Shown here: positions 27,652 to 28,037 of the stretch, piece by piece
Layout of the letters: each line of letters starts with the position of its first letter
Numbering within the stretch: the stretch's first letter is position 1
Assembly: GCA_032128375.1 (NCBI GenBank)
Contig: JAQBGU010000101.1
Span: 1-28,037, forward strand
Reading direction: 5' to 3'
DNA length: 28,037 nucleotides
DNA from: Deltaproteobacteria bacterium
GTDB lineage: Bacteria > Myxococcota_A > UBA9160 > SMWR01
The notes under the pieces: model-generated
The model's database searches: none
What the model was told of the DNA's origin: nothing
The model's input: only the letters and a program-made list of their open reading frames with translations
Made by a program: the position numbers and the translations under genes

Positions 27652-28037
27652 ATGCAGACCAGGACCGATGCGGTGATCTACTTTGATCACGCTCTTGCCG
27701 ACGAGCAATCGGGGTTTCGAGGCGGTGACGCGGGATTCGTGATCCCCGACGAGCAATGGGGCTTCAGAGCAACGACGGTTGTCGACATTCCACCGAACGC
27801 ACTGCACGCGCTCGAAGCGCACGGGGTCGTCGAACAATTGAACGTGCTCGAGTTTCAGACCGACTCGATTGCTCCCGGGGTTGATGCCGTTCTGCGGCCG
27901 TTCGCACTAGACGAGGCGGCCCACATTCTGTACGAGGCCGACCGTAAGACCTACGGCCGGACCTGGGAATTCGTCGTGGGTCGGCACGCGGGCTGCGAGT
28001 ACCGAATCGCAATCGACAACCGCGGCTACCAGCGAAC
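27652..28037 (+). CDS. Hypothetical protein, open to the window end
   Basis: Translated by hand: MQTRTDAVIYFDHALADEQSGFRGG...ILYEADRKTYGRTWEFVVGRHAGCEYRIAIDNRGYQR, with no stop. Confidence 0.65.
   Translation, partial: MQTRTDAVIYFDHALADEQSGFRGGDAGFVIPDEQWGFRATTVVDIPPNALHALEAHGVVEQLNVLEFQTDSIAPGVDAVLRPFALDEAAHILYEADRKTYGRTWEFVVGRHAGCEYRIAIDNRGYQR

Overview
GC-rich bacterial window with no rRNA, tRNA, mobile element or CRISPR array. The TSP3/dockerin-type and PEP-/IPTL-CTERM proteins suggest a Myxococcota/deltaproteobacterial lineage (inference). In order: a partial RhlE-type DEAD-box helicase, a GST remnant, an alpha/beta hydrolase, and an ergothioneine cluster in which a betaine-type ABC transporter lies between egtD and egtB. 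Next is an envelope block with four GT-C-like membrane glycosyltransferases (one TMTC/TPR-like), a frameshifted SGNH protein, a PEP-CTERM protein with a possible cohesin-like fold and a small TSP3/dockerin-like protein. Then come a DJ-1/PfpI gene, a sulfatase remnant and a methyltransferase. The best novelty candidate follows: a two-gene operon that looks like a split, surface-anchored copper amine oxidase-like enzyme with GWYRY in place of the GNYDY TPQ motif. The window ends with a 27-29 bp hairpin tandem array that begins at a stop codon, a D-aminoacylase-family gene, a TetA(P)-like MFS, an LLM oxidoreductase and a partial hypothetical gene. Three +1 homopolymer frameshifts may be sequencing errors. 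All family calls come from motif recognition by eye; no database search was run.
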